A stretch of DNA of 64,000 nucleotides from Trueperaceae bacterium (GTDB lineage: Bacteria > Deinococcota > Deinococci > Deinococcales > Trueperaceae), in NCBI GenBank assembly GCA_965215565.1, contig CBDCDZ010000004.1, forward strand, positions 4,064,001-4,128,000, written 5' to 3'. Made by a program: the position numbers and the translations under genes. The notes under the pieces were generated by a model, which did not search any database, was not told the DNA's origin, and saw only the letters and a list, made by a program, of their open reading frames with translations. This document shows positions 54,379 through 63,884 of this stretch, one piece after another (position 1 is the first letter of the stretch; each line of letters opens with the position of its first letter).

Positions 54379-55308
54379 GTGACTCCCTACGCTCGCATCC
54401 CCGTCTTAGCTGCGCCCACCGCGTCGGGCAAGAGCGCGCTGGCGCTCGAGTTCGCCCAGGCGCTGCCCCTAGAGATCGTCTCCGCCGACGCCATGATGGT
54501 GTATAAGGGCATGGACATCGGCACGGCGAAACCTACCGTAGCGGAGCGGCGCAGCGTGCCGCACCACCTCATCGACATTGTGAGCCCAGACGAACCTTTC
54601 AGCGTCGCGGACTACGTGAAGCGCGCCGAGGCGGCCGTCGCCGCTGTTTTAGAGCGCGGCAAGCTTCCGCTCATCGTTGGTGGGACGGGCTTTTACATCC
54701 GCGCCCTGTCCGAGGGGCTGCCCACCGTTCCTCCCGCTGACACGGACGTGCAAGCGCGACTCTGGGCGCGCTTGAAGCGTGAAGGTTTGGACGCGCTCGT
54801 GGACGAGCTAGACGCCTTTAGCCCCGAGGACTCGAGACGAGCGCAGCGCAACCCGCGCCGCGTGGTCCGCGCTCTGGAAATCTTGGAGCGAACCGGGCGC
54901 GCGCCGAGCAGCTTCGCGAAAGAGGTGCCCCGCTTCCGCTACGACAAGGCGGTCTTGCTCCCTGATGTGGACCTGTTAAGTACGCGCATCGCCCTCAGGA
55001 CGGAGCGCATGTTTGGAGCCGGGCTCACCGAGGAGGTGCGGGGTCTCTTGGAGCGCTACCCTGCGCGCCCCACCGCCACGCAAGCGATCGGCTACAAAGA
55101 GGTCGCCGACTATTTGGAAGGGCGCTACACCTTGCGTGAAGCTAAGCAAGCTGTCACGCTCGTCACGGTGCGCTACGCCAAACGTCAGCGCACCTGGTTC
55201 CGCAAGGAGCCGGGGGCGGTGCGCTACCCCATCGCAGAGGCGGCTGGATTTGAAGAGGTTGCGAAGAGATTGCGGGGCTGGATAGAACAGTTCGCTCCGT
55301 CCAAATAA
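54379..55308 (+). CDS. miaA: tRNA dimethylallyltransferase
   Basis: PTASGKS, DIGTAKP, GGTGFY, QAIGYKE and YAKRQRTW motifs. Confidence 0.97.
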   Translation: MTPYARIPVLAAPTASGKSALALEFAQALPLEIVSADAMMVYKGMDIGTAKPTVAERRSVPHHLIDIVSPDEPFSVADYVKRAEAAVAAVLERGKLPLIVGGTGFYIRALSEGLPTVPPADTDVQARLWARLKREGLDALVDELDAFSPEDSRRAQRNPRRVVRALEILERTGRAPSSFAKEVPRFRYDKAVLLPDVDLLSTRIALRTERMFGAGLTEEVRGLLERYPARPTATQAIGYKEVADYLEGRYTLREAKQAVTLVTVRYAKRQRTWFRKEPGAVRYPIAEAAGFEEVAKRLRGWIEQFAPSK

Positions 55309-55342
55309 TTTCGTTCAGATAATCTGTCGCGGGTGCGTACTA

Positions 55343-55444
55343 ATACGAGGTTGCACGGCTTAGTTCGCAAACTAAGCCGTGCCCGTCCGTGACGGTAAGC
55401 TTAGACGCCCTCTGTAAGGATAAGTAAACCGTGCAATTCCGTAT
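55343..55444. mobile_element. ATAC...GTAT-family MITE (short, empty copy)
   Basis: ATACGAGGTTGCACGGCTTAG / TAAACCGTGCAATTCCGTAT; internal GCACGGCTTAGTT / AACTAAGCCGTGC hairpin. Confidence 0.8.
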
Positions 55445-55838
55445 AACTGGGTTTTAGGAGGGAGGGGCGAGCGTCAACCGGTTCGCTTAGCGTTGCGCAA
55501 CTAACGTCAACCGCTCCCTCGCATGCGCCGTGCAACCCTTTGCGAAGGGCTGCAACAAATAAACCTTTAGTGAGCCCCGCTCCATGTGAGATATGCGAGT
55601 GTCAGGGACTACCAATCTGCTAAAGTACCTTTTAGAGAGCTTCGTCAGCTTGACGAAGCTCGAGCTTAACTGTTAGAGAGGCTGAACATCGGTACAGCGC
55701 AAGCTACACAGTTTTAGGCAACTCTGGGGCAATTCAAGATTATTCAGGTGAAGACGTCGGCAAATCGCTACAAAAGCTCATGTTCAAGAGGTAATTTAGA
55801 GTCACACGCCGGCGGTGTGACCGTCACTGAGGTGAAAG

Positions 55839-57398
55839 ATGCAGCAAGATATCAACATAACAATGGGGGACCTCTTCCGCTTCTTGAGGCGCGGCTTTTT
55901 GCTCGCCCTCCTGCTCGCGGTGGCGGGTGCCGCCGCCGCTTACTATTTGAGCAGCCAGCGTCCGCCTGTCTATCAGGCAAACGCAACCGTGCTCGCGCCG
56001 AAAGGTGACATTGACGTGGGCTCCTTCGGCATTCCGAGGGTGACTGCGCCCCCCATCAGCGTGTCGGGCTACCGGCTCGCGGCGACGAGTGATACGGTCC
56101 TTAGGGACGCGCTCATCATCGCGGGAACCGAAGAGGTCAGCCAGAGCGACGTCGCCAATTTGCGTGACCGTATGAACGTCACGGTGGACGACACGCGCGA
56201 GTCAAGCTCGGTAACGACGGTTGTGAATGGTGGCTCGGCGGAAGGGGTGGCGAACCAGGCGAACGCGCTCGCTAGGGCGCTCATCAACTGGGACGAAAAC
56301 CGCGCCACGGAGTTTCTCGCGGACAGCGTGTCTGCGCTCGACCAGCAGATCGCTAACCTCGACGCCAGGATTAGCGAACTCGAGGCGAGCGGCGCACCCG
56401 CGAGCGAGATCGAGCGGCTCAACGCGCGGCGCACGAACGCGCAAGAGAACGTCACCGACGCAGAGTCGCTCATCGGCACGGCGGCGAGCCGCCTGAGCGT
56501 CGTGCAGGCGGCGTCTATACCCGTCAATCCCATCGCGCCGCGCCCCGTCCTCTTCGCTGTGTTCGCGGCCGCCTTCGGCTTCTTGCTCGGTTACGCGCTT
56601 CTCTTGGTGCGCAACATGCTCGACACGCGCTTACGTAGTGCCAGCGACTTGGAAACGGCGACGGGCCTGCCTATCCTCGGCGAATTCCCCAAGCTTCCTA
56701 AGAAAGCGCGGCGGCTCCCCCGCGAGGCCTCGGGCTACTTGCGCACGAACTTACTGTTCGCCACCTCTGAGGCGGATACAAAGGTCATCTTGGTAACGAG
56801 CCCGCAGACGGGCGAAGGCAAGTCGAGCGTGGCGCTCAGCCTAGCGGAGAGCTTCACCCGCGCGGACTACCGCACGCTTTTAGTGGACGCCGACCTGCGC
56901 CGCCCCGTCATCGCCAAGGAGTACAACCTCGACGACAAGCGCCACATGCCGTTGCGGGCGCACCTGGAAAACCCCCACGACGCCTACGAAGCTGCCCACG
57001 TCTCGGTCAACTTGACGCAGCGCTTGGATATCATCCCCACCTTCCGCGCCGCGCCCTCGCCCACCGAACTCCTGAGCTTGGGCTTCCAGGACTGCTTAGA
57101 GAGCTGGCGCAAAGACTACGACGTCATTGTCATCGACTCCGCGCCCATCCTAGACGTCGCCGACACCCTGACCATCGCGCCCTTATGCACGGGCACCGTC
57201 CTCGTGGCGAGCTTGCAAGACACCGAGCCGCAAGAGGTCAACGACGCCGTCGAACTCCTGAATAGGAGCCGCGTCAACCTCTTGGGCATCGTGGCGACGC
57301 ACGTCAACATGAGCCCCCGCTCGTCGCGCTACGACTATGACAGCGTGGATGTCCCCGGCGAGTACCCCGCCATTTCAGACAGAGCCGTCGTCCGCTAA
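55839..57398 (+). CDS. Wzc/CapAB-like polysaccharide co-polymerase with BY-kinase domain
   Basis: Two TM segments and coiled coil; LRTNL, TSP..GEGKS, DADLRRP and IDSAP motifs. Confidence 0.9.
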   Translation: MQQDINITMGDLFRFLRRGFLLALLLAVAGAAAAYYLSSQRPPVYQANATVLAPKGDIDVGSFGIPRVTAPPISVSGYRLAATSDTVLRDALIIAGTEEVSQSDVANLRDRMNVTVDDTRESSSVTTVVNGGSAEGVANQANALARALINWDENRATEFLADSVSALDQQIANLDARISELEASGAPASEIERLNARRTNAQENVTDAESLIGTAASRLSVVQAASIPVNPIAPRPVLFAVFAAAFGFLLGYALLLVRNMLDTRLRSASDLETATGLPILGEFPKLPKKARRLPREASGYLRTNLLFATSEADTKVILVTSPQTGEGKSSVALSLAESFTRADYRTLLVDADLRRPVIAKEYNLDDKRHMPLRAHLENPHDAYEAAHVSVNLTQRLDIIPTFRAAPSPTELLSLGFQDCLESWRKDYDVIVIDSAPILDVADTLTIAPLCTGTVLVASLQDTEPQEVNDAVELLNRSRVNLLGIVATHVNMSPRSSRYDYDSVDVPGEYPAISDRAVVR

Positions 57399-57413
57399 AC
57401 CCTCAGACTCGAG

Positions 57414-57443
57414 AAAAGCTCCGCACTTAGCGGAGCTTTTTTT
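57414..57443. terminator. Bidirectional intrinsic terminator
   Basis: AAAAGCTCCGC-actta-GCGGAGCTTTT. Confidence 0.8.
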
Positions 57444-57577
57444 AGCAGTTCCACGACACACTGAGGCAGTTGAACGCAGGTCTCAGCTCGCAGAGCTAGC
57501 GGAATTTCATCCCTTAAAGTGCGTGCTAAACAGCGTTTTACAAAGTGAGAGTGTCTCTGACCAGATGATACCTGCTA
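57443..57577 (-). mobile_element. TAGC-family MITE
   Basis: Near-identical inverted copy of 37018-37173. Confidence 0.88.
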
Positions 57578-57617
57578 TTTAATGCTGCAACCCAGGAAGT
57601 CAGTGTGTTTTCTCGAG

Positions 57618-58307
57618 TCACGTGAGTTGCGACAGCAGAAATTTGCGCAACTCAGCTACCGAACTCACCTCTTGCGTCGGTCTATAGTCACCGTAGCCAT
57701 GCTCGAACCTGAGCTGCTCGCGCAACCTGAGCCGTACGCTCTGCCAGCCTAGCTGAGCGGGCGCGTTAAAATCCTTGCTCGGGTTGTCGCCCACGTAGAT
57801 GAGGTTGCTGTGCGGCAGACCTAACGCTTTGCTCGCCTCCTCGAACGCTTTGGGGTGAGGCTTCCAGAAGTCTCTGCCCCACGTGTCGGTCAGAATAACC
57901 GCGTCGGCGTAGTGCGCTAAGCGCAGCGCGTCGGCCTTGGCGCGTTGGCTGACAAAAGGTCCGTCGGTGATGACGCCTAGCGGGACGCTCTGGGCTCGCA
58001 GCTCGAGCATGAGCCCCTCCATCTCTGGTAAGAGGTTAATTGTCGGCGCGTGCGCCCTGTAGACAGCCACTAAGTCCGGGATAGTGAAAGACGCGCTGAG
58101 TTCGGGGTAGCGTGCGAGCAGCGCGTCGAACGTCGTTCCCCGCGTGCCCGCCTCGAAGAGTCCCCACAGCAGCGCGAAGGCGTCCTCTTCGGGAACGTTG
58201 GTTGGCTCAGCGGCAGCCGCCGCCACCGCCCGAAAGCCGCTCCTGACGTAGTCGCGCTCTAAGTAAAGCGTATCGTCCATATCGAAAACGACGCCTAGCG
58301 TGCTCAT
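57618..58307 (-). CDS. HAD family hydrolase
   Basis: FDMDDTL, ITDG, KP.P and VGDNP.KD motifs. Confidence 0.92.
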   Translation of the reverse strand: MSTLGVVFDMDDTLYLERDYVRSGFRAVAAAAAEPTNVPEEDAFALLWGLFEAGTRGTTFDALLARYPELSASFTIPDLVAVYRAHAPTINLLPEMEGLMLELRAQSVPLGVITDGPFVSQRAKADALRLAHYADAVILTDTWGRDFWKPHPKAFEEASKALGLPHSNLIYVGDNPSKDFNAPAQLGWQSVRLRLREQLRFEHGYGDYRPTQEVSSVAELRKFLLSQLT

Positions 58308-58308
58308 A

Positions 58309-59277
58309 TCAGACGGACCACAGAGGCTCAGCGGTGAAATACTCCGTGTTGTAGCGCGTCATATAGAGCCCCACCTGATACTCGCCGAAACGCTCCGGCA
58401 CCTCTTCCCCGCGCAGCATCGCCATGAGCCAGTCAGGATACTTGCCGCCCGCCGCGTACGCCAGCGGGAAGCCGCCGCCGAAACGCGGGTTGACCTCGGT
58501 CAAGACCGGACCGCGCCCAGTCAAAAAGGCTTGCAGCGTCACCGCGCCTCTCGCCCCGAGTTTTGACAGGACGTTCAGAACGCTAATGAGCCAGTCGCGC
58601 AGGTCACCGTCAGGCAGCGTAATCCCTTGAATCGACTCGCCCGCGAGCGTGCGGATGCGCCGCCGGGGGACGTAGTGGAGCGGTCTACCCGTGAGGTCCA
58701 AAAGCGCGTCGATAGTGATCTCGTGCCCGCTCAGTTCCTCTTGAATGATGACGTTCGGCACGCGGGGCAAGTAGCGCGCCAACTCGCCCGTCGGCACGCT
58801 GTAGATGTCGCGGCTCGCGCTGCCGTCCCTCGGTTTGACGAAGAGGTGTTCGGGCAACTTGTCCGCGTCGTAATCGTCCGGCAACCAAGACGCCGCCGTG
58901 TCCACGCCCGCTTCCGCGAACGCCTTGTAGGTCAGCCACTTGTCGCCGCAGATGTCGATGAAGGCTGGCTCGGAGATGAGCGCCGCCGCGCCCACCTCTC
59001 TAAAAGCGTCGGCGTTCTGTGCCAAAACTGCGAGTTCCGTGTCGATAGTCGGCACGACGAGTTTGATCTGATGCTCTTCTGCGAGCGACAGGAGGTGAGG
59101 GATGTATTCGGCGCTGTCTACGCGGGGCAGCGGCACGCCCCGGTGCGCGAGATAGAGCGCAGGCGCGAGGCTGCTGAGGTCGCCTGCGAAAACCCGCCCG
59201 TCCACCGCTTCCGCCGCCTTGACGAACGCTTGCACGAGTGATGTTCTGCGCCCTGCACTTGTCACGAGGACGTTCAT
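58309..59277 (-). CDS. ATP-grasp domain protein
   Basis: TSAGRR, PTIDTEL, DK, KPRDGSAS and EVNPRFGGG motifs. Confidence 0.9.
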   Translation of the reverse strand: MNVLVTSAGRRTSLVQAFVKAAEAVDGRVFAGDLSSLAPALYLAHRGVPLPRVDSAEYIPHLLSLAEEHQIKLVVPTIDTELAVLAQNADAFREVGAAALISEPAFIDICGDKWLTYKAFAEAGVDTAASWLPDDYDADKLPEHLFVKPRDGSASRDIYSVPTGELARYLPRVPNVIIQEELSGHEITIDALLDLTGRPLHYVPRRRIRTLAGESIQGITLPDGDLRDWLISVLNVLSKLGARGAVTLQAFLTGRGPVLTEVNPRFGGGFPLAYAAGGKYPDWLMAMLRGEEVPERFGEYQVGLYMTRYNTEYFTAEPLWSV

Positions 59278-59431
59278 AAATAACCTCTCAACGTAGACCC
59301 ACTTTCAAGAATAGATCGAGGCGTGTTCAGCCTTCCCTAAAATTCAATCACGTTGAGTCGTCTGTGCCTGTTAGAGACCTCATAGTGGGGCTCGAGATGA
59401 CAAGAGGTCACGGCTCTCACCGTATCAATAG

Positions 59432-59461
59432 AAAGAGGTAAGACTGAACCGTCTTACCTCT
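59432..59461 (-). terminator. Hairpin / terminator after cysC
   Basis: AGAGGTAAGAC-tgaacc-GTCTTACCTCT. Confidence 0.65.
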
Positions 59462-59482
59462 CGAGCCTCGGTGCGTCAACCC

Positions 59483-60112
59483 TCACTCCGCCGAGAGGTA
59501 GCCCTTCTCCTCTAACGTCGCGATGACCTTTGCCGCGCTCTCCTCCGCGCTTTCGTCTGCGGTGTGGAGCGTGATTTCGGGGCTCTCGGGCGCTTCGTAG
59601 GGGTCGTCGATGCCCGTGAAGTTCTTTATTTCGCCCGCCCGCGCCTTTTTGTAGAGCCCTTTCGGGTCGCGCTCTTCGCAGACCTCCAAGGGCGTGTCCA
59701 CGAAAATCTCGATGAATTCGCCCTCGCCCATCAGCTCACGCACCATCTCACGGTCGCGCTGGTAGGGCGAGATAAACGCCGTCAACACGATGAGGCCTGC
59801 GTCCGCGAAGAGCTTCGCGCTCTCCCCGATGCGGCGTATATTCTCCACGCGGTCCTCAGCGCTAAAGCCTAGATCTTTGTTCAGGCCGTGGCGGACGTTG
59901 TCGCCGTCCAAGAGGTAGGTGTGATGTCCGAGTTCGAACAAGGCACCCTCGAGGACGTTCGCCACCGTCGATTTACCCGAGCCCGAGAGCCCCGTGAACC
60001 ACAGGATGCAGGGCTTTTGCCCCTTCTGCTTTGCCCGCTCATTTCGGCTGACCCGCGACTCGTGCCAGGTGATGTTCGTCGCCTTCTGTCCGGTTGGCTG
60101 CGTCATGCTCAC
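59483..60112 (-). CDS. cysC: Adenylyl-sulfate kinase
   Basis: [19 protein letters not shown] and RDPKGLY motifs. Confidence 0.97.
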   Translation of the reverse strand: MSMTQPTGQKATNITWHESRVSRNERAKQKGQKPCILWFTGLSGSGKSTVANVLEGALFELGHHTYLLDGDNVRHGLNKDLGFSAEDRVENIRRIGESAKLFADAGLIVLTAFISPYQRDREMVRELMGEGEFIEIFVDTPLEVCEERDPKGLYKKARAGEIKNFTGIDDPYEAPESPEITLHTADESAEESAAKVIATLEEKGYLSAE

Positions 60113-61263
60113 GCCTCCTGATATGACTTCATGAGAATCTTGGCGACTTCAGGGCGGCTGAACTCGGCGGGCGGCATCTGCCCGTTCGAGAGCATCTCGC
60201 GCACTTTCGTGCCCGATAAGAACACGCGGTCTTGCGCGCCGTGCGGACAGGTCTTCGAGGAGCCCATCTGCTCACACTTCTTGCAGTAGAAGGAGTGCTC
60301 GAAGTTGAGCGTCGAAATTTTGAGTTCGTCTTTAGTAAAGCCCTCGAAAATCTTCTGCGCGTCGTAGGTGCCGTAGTAGTCGCCTACGCCCGCGTGGTCA
60401 CGCCCAACGATGAAGTGCGTGCAGCCGTAGTTCTGCCGCGAAATCGCGTGCAGGATCGCCTCGCGCGGTCCCGCGTAGCGCATGGCGGCGGGATACGTGC
60501 CTAAGAAGACGCGCCCGTCCGGGTAGTAGTCGTCCAAGATGACGTTGTAGCACCTCATCCGCACGTCCGCCGGGATGTCGTCGGACTTCGTCGTGCCGAC
60601 TAAGGGGTTGATGAAAAGCCCGTCCACGATTTCCAGAGCCACCTTCGTCAGGTACTCGTGCGCCCGGTGAATCGGGTTGCGCGTCTGAAAGGCGACAACG
60701 GTGTTCCAGCCGCGCTCTGCGAACGCCTTGCGCGTCTCCTGCGGTGTGAAGCTGACCTCTTGGAACTCGCTCTTGGGTAGGTCATGAATCAAGCTGATAG
60801 GTCCGCCCAAGTAAACCGGGCCTGCCTCCATAATGGCTTGCACACCAGGATGTGCGCTGTCCGACGTGCCGTAGACGTGCTCCGCTTCATATTTTTGGTC
60901 AGGCTGATAGGTGTCGGTCACGTCCATGAGGGCTAAGATATCGCCGCTCGGACCTACCAGCGCGACCTCTTGACCTACCGAAACGCTGTCGTCCTCGGCT
61001 TGCAAGGTGATAGGAATGCTCCAAGCGACGCCACTCGTGAGCTTCATGTCGTCTACGATGCTGCGGTAGTCGGCTTCGTCGACGAAGCCCTCTAAGGGGC
61101 TGTAAACGCCCGTGACGAGGCACACTAGGTCCGCCAAATTTCGCTCGGACAGCGTGACGCGCGGCAGGCTTTCGGCGCGGTCCTTGGCGCTTTGCAGTTC
61201 GTCACCCTCTAAGCGCCGGTTGACCAGCGTACCGCCGTGAGGTTCGATCAGTTGATTGGACAT
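60109..61263 (-). CDS. sat: Sulfate adenylyltransferase
   Basis: [19 protein letters not shown] and VGRDHAG motifs. Confidence 0.97.
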   Translation of the reverse strand: MSNQLIEPHGGTLVNRRLEGDELQSAKDRAESLPRVTLSERNLADLVCLVTGVYSPLEGFVDEADYRSIVDDMKLTSGVAWSIPITLQAEDDSVSVGQEVALVGPSGDILALMDVTDTYQPDQKYEAEHVYGTSDSAHPGVQAIMEAGPVYLGGPISLIHDLPKSEFQEVSFTPQETRKAFAERGWNTVVAFQTRNPIHRAHEYLTKVALEIVDGLFINPLVGTTKSDDIPADVRMRCYNVILDDYYPDGRVFLGTYPAAMRYAGPREAILHAISRQNYGCTHFIVGRDHAGVGDYYGTYDAQKIFEGFTKDELKISTLNFEHSFYCKKCEQMGSSKTCPHGAQDRVFLSGTKVREMLSNGQMPPAEFSRPEVAKILMKSYQEA

Positions 61264-61511
61264 CTATACTCCTAGCTCGTTTCCTGGCTTGTTGAATACG
61301 TAAAACCTACAGGCACAAGCGGGAGTATACCCAATTCACTTAGAGGATGTGGCGAAACGGGTGCGTTTCAGCTCAGAGGTGAGCGCCTGGGCGCAGCACG
61401 GTTAGAGCGGCGTTAAAGGGCGCTTTTGGATAACTCGAGCCCTACGCTTACAACTTCCCTTATAAATCATCGCCTAGAAACCGAGGCTCCTCCCGAAGCA
61501 GGGTTAGACCG

Positions 61512-62372
61512 CTAGCGCACCTCGATCTTGCGAAAACGTGCCAACACGAGCGCGGCGTACGCGCCGTAAGCGACGAGCCCCAAGGCGACTAAGCCAAGAA
61601 TCCAAGGGCCGTAAGGTTGCCGCGCCAGCGTGCTGAGCGCCTCGCCCAGTCCGCCCGCTTGCTGCGGATTGGCCTGCACAGCCGCTTGAATAAGCAGCCC
61701 ACCGATAACGCCGTAAACAACGCCTCTTGCTGCCAATCCTATGCGACCCGCCCGCGTCGCCCAGGTCTCCTCAGCGTCGCCCATCTCGCTGAGCTTTAAG
61801 TCGTCGCGAAATTTAGCAGCGAACCCCTTGTAAAGCTGGAAAAAGCCAATGCTAATAATGATGACGCCGACGATACCCACCAGCCACTGCCCGAAAGGTT
61901 GCGACATAAGCCGCGCCGTAAAGTCTTGCGTGCTGCCGCCACCCCCGCCACCCGTGCCGCGAATAATCTGAAACGAAGTAAAGGCGAGACCCAAGTAGAC
62001 GAGACCGCTGATAGCGTAGCCGATGCGCTTGACGATACCCTCACCGTCTGTTCCCTCTTGCTCGGGGTCCATAATCGCCTGCACCAAACGCCAAATCGCG
62101 TAGCCAACAAGCCCTACCGCAACTAAACCTAAAAGGATGCGCCCGAAAGGTTGATTGACGATAGTTTGCAGCGCACCTGACTGTCCCGTCGTCTGGCCGC
62201 TACTGCCACCTCTAAAGGCCGCCTGAGCCGCTAACACCCCGATGATAGCGTAGACGACACCTTTGGCCGCGTAGCCAAACCGCGCGAGTCCCTTGACCCA
62301 CGCCGCTACGTCACCTGACGACGCCTTGTCTGCGGTATCCCTTGCACCTTCGCCTGTTTCTGTTTGTGCCAT
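61512..62372 (-). CDS. DUF1206 domain membrane protein
   Basis: ARFGYAAKGVVY and repeated QPFG..L motifs. Confidence 0.85.
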   Translation of the reverse strand: MAQTETGEGARDTADKASSGDVAAWVKGLARFGYAAKGVVYAIIGVLAAQAAFRGGSSGQTTGQSGALQTIVNQPFGRILLGLVAVGLVGYAIWRLVQAIMDPEQEGTDGEGIVKRIGYAISGLVYLGLAFTSFQIIRGTGGGGGGSTQDFTARLMSQPFGQWLVGIVGVIIISIGFFQLYKGFAAKFRDDLKLSEMGDAEETWATRAGRIGLAARGVVYGVIGGLLIQAAVQANPQQAGGLGEALSTLARQPYGPWILGLVALGLVAYGAYAALVLARFRKIEVR

Positions 62373-62529
62373 AAATGCTTCTCCTTTACAGGGTTGACGG
62401 CGCGACTTGCGTTTATTCGGGTAGATTAGATGATTCACGCCGCGATCTAAGCTCTGAATACCTGTAGCGTAAGCTGTAAGAGGTCACAAAATGTGGTTTG
62501 TACTCACGGTTGGGCTCGAGTATGAAGCC

Positions 62530-62772
62530 TCAGTCATCCCCGAACAGCTTTTTCAGTGCGTCCTCTTTGCTCGTTTTAGATGCCACCACGTAGCGCTCGT
62601 CCTGCTGCTCAACCTTGCCCTGCTCCATGAGGTGACTGAGCGAACGTTGCAGCGTGTCTACAGCCAACTCCTCATAGCGGTGCTCGTCTATGTAGCGCTG
62701 CACCTCACGCAAGGTTAGACCGCGATTCCCAGCACTCCTCAGCGCCTCTAATACCCAGGTATTGACTGTCAT
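62530..62772 (-). CDS. Small hypothetical protein, possibly winged helix
   Basis: GLTLREVQ...LQRSL..L.EQGKV; TAAACT -10 box before the ATG. Confidence 0.65.
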   Translation of the reverse strand: MTVNTWVLEALRSAGNRGLTLREVQRYIDEHRYEELAVDTLQRSLSHLMEQGKVEQQDERYVVASKTSKEDALKKLFGDD

Positions 62773-62802
62773 AGAAACAGTTTACGACTTTGAAACAAAA
62801 GG

Positions 62803-63846
62803 TTAAGGGTTCTCTGCCGAGTCGTTTGGTTTGTCTTTTGAACGGCCTGAGCGAGACAGGCGGGCGACGGTTCCCTGCGCGCCGCCCCCTTCTTTCCGGT
62901 AGACCTCCTGCGCGCCGCCCGACAGCTCACCCCACGTGACTTCCTCTAAAGAGATCACTCTGACCGGGCAAGAGGTCACACAGGCGTTGCAGCCGTTGCA
63001 GCGCTCGGGCTCGAGTCTTAGCACCCCCCCGCCCACCTGCACGGGCTCTAACTCGCGGTGGAACGCTCCGGTTGGGCAGACGTTCGTGCAAACCGGACAC
63101 ATGATGCACCCCTCCGCCACGCGGGGCAGCGTCCAAGGAACAGGCGTCTCGGGCTGGGGTTTTGCCGACTCGATGAGCCCGTAGTGCTTCTTGAGTTCGG
63201 TAGGCAGCCCTTTTTCGGTCTCTTCAGCCGCGTTCAGCACCTCCAGGGGCGCGAGCACGTCGGCAGCGCCGCGCTGTGCCCCGCGCCAGCCGCCGCGTAA
63301 GAGGTCGCGGCGGCTGAGTGGATCGGGGTTATCCACCGTGTCATAGTGCTCGGCGACGAGGATATTCGCCTCTAAATCGCGCCCTTTAAGCGCCGCTAGC
63401 GCCCTGGCGCGTTCGAGCAACTCGTCCACCACCTCTTTCGTCGCCGCCGCGCCAACCTTGCAGCCCTCGCACTCGTTGCGGACGAGCGTCACCTTGTTCC
63501 TCTTGCTCGCGAGGCGCAACACGTCGGACGGCTGCAAACGCGACAGACACTGCACGCTCTGCGCCGAGCCCTTGACCTGCGAGCACTTTAAGGGCGCACC
63601 CGGCTGATAAGACACGCTGCTCTCCAGAGCTTGCGACGGGCACGCCTGCACGCAGAGCCCACAACCCGTACAGTCGATGTCGTCGATCTCGACGTGGCGC
63701 TTAATGGTAATCGCGCTATGTGGACACGTATCGGCGCAGACCTTGCAACCGCCCACCGCTCTCGTCACGACGAGACAGTGCTCCGCGGTGTACTGAGGCT
63801 GCACGCTCGTCGCTTTAGAAATGTAGTTGAGAAGTTTGTCGAACAC
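62803..63846 (-). CDS. Multi-4Fe-4S polyferredoxin-like protein
   Basis: Several CxxCxxCxxxCP motifs at both ends. Confidence 0.88.
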   Translation of the reverse strand: MFDKLLNYISKATSVQPQYTAEHCLVVTRAVGGCKVCADTCPHSAITIKRHVEIDDIDCTGCGLCVQACPSQALESSVSYQPGAPLKCSQVKGSAQSVQCLSRLQPSDVLRLASKRNKVTLVRNECEGCKVGAAATKEVVDELLERARALAALKGRDLEANILVAEHYDTVDNPDPLSRRDLLRGGWRGAQRGAADVLAPLEVLNAAEETEKGLPTELKKHYGLIESAKPQPETPVPWTLPRVAEGCIMCPVCTNVCPTGAFHRELEPVQVGGGVLRLEPERCNGCNACVTSCPVRVISLEEVTWGELSGGAQEVYRKEGGGAQGTVARLSRSGRSKDKPNDSAENP

Positions 63847-63884
63847 TCTTTCTAGTGTAGCTCAAAGAAGCAGCGGTGAGTGAA

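Noticed and set aside
3667..57577. Recurrent GCAGGTATCATCTGG motif as a CRISPR repeat
   Set aside because: Copies are dispersed, in both orientations, without regular spacers, and no cas genes are present
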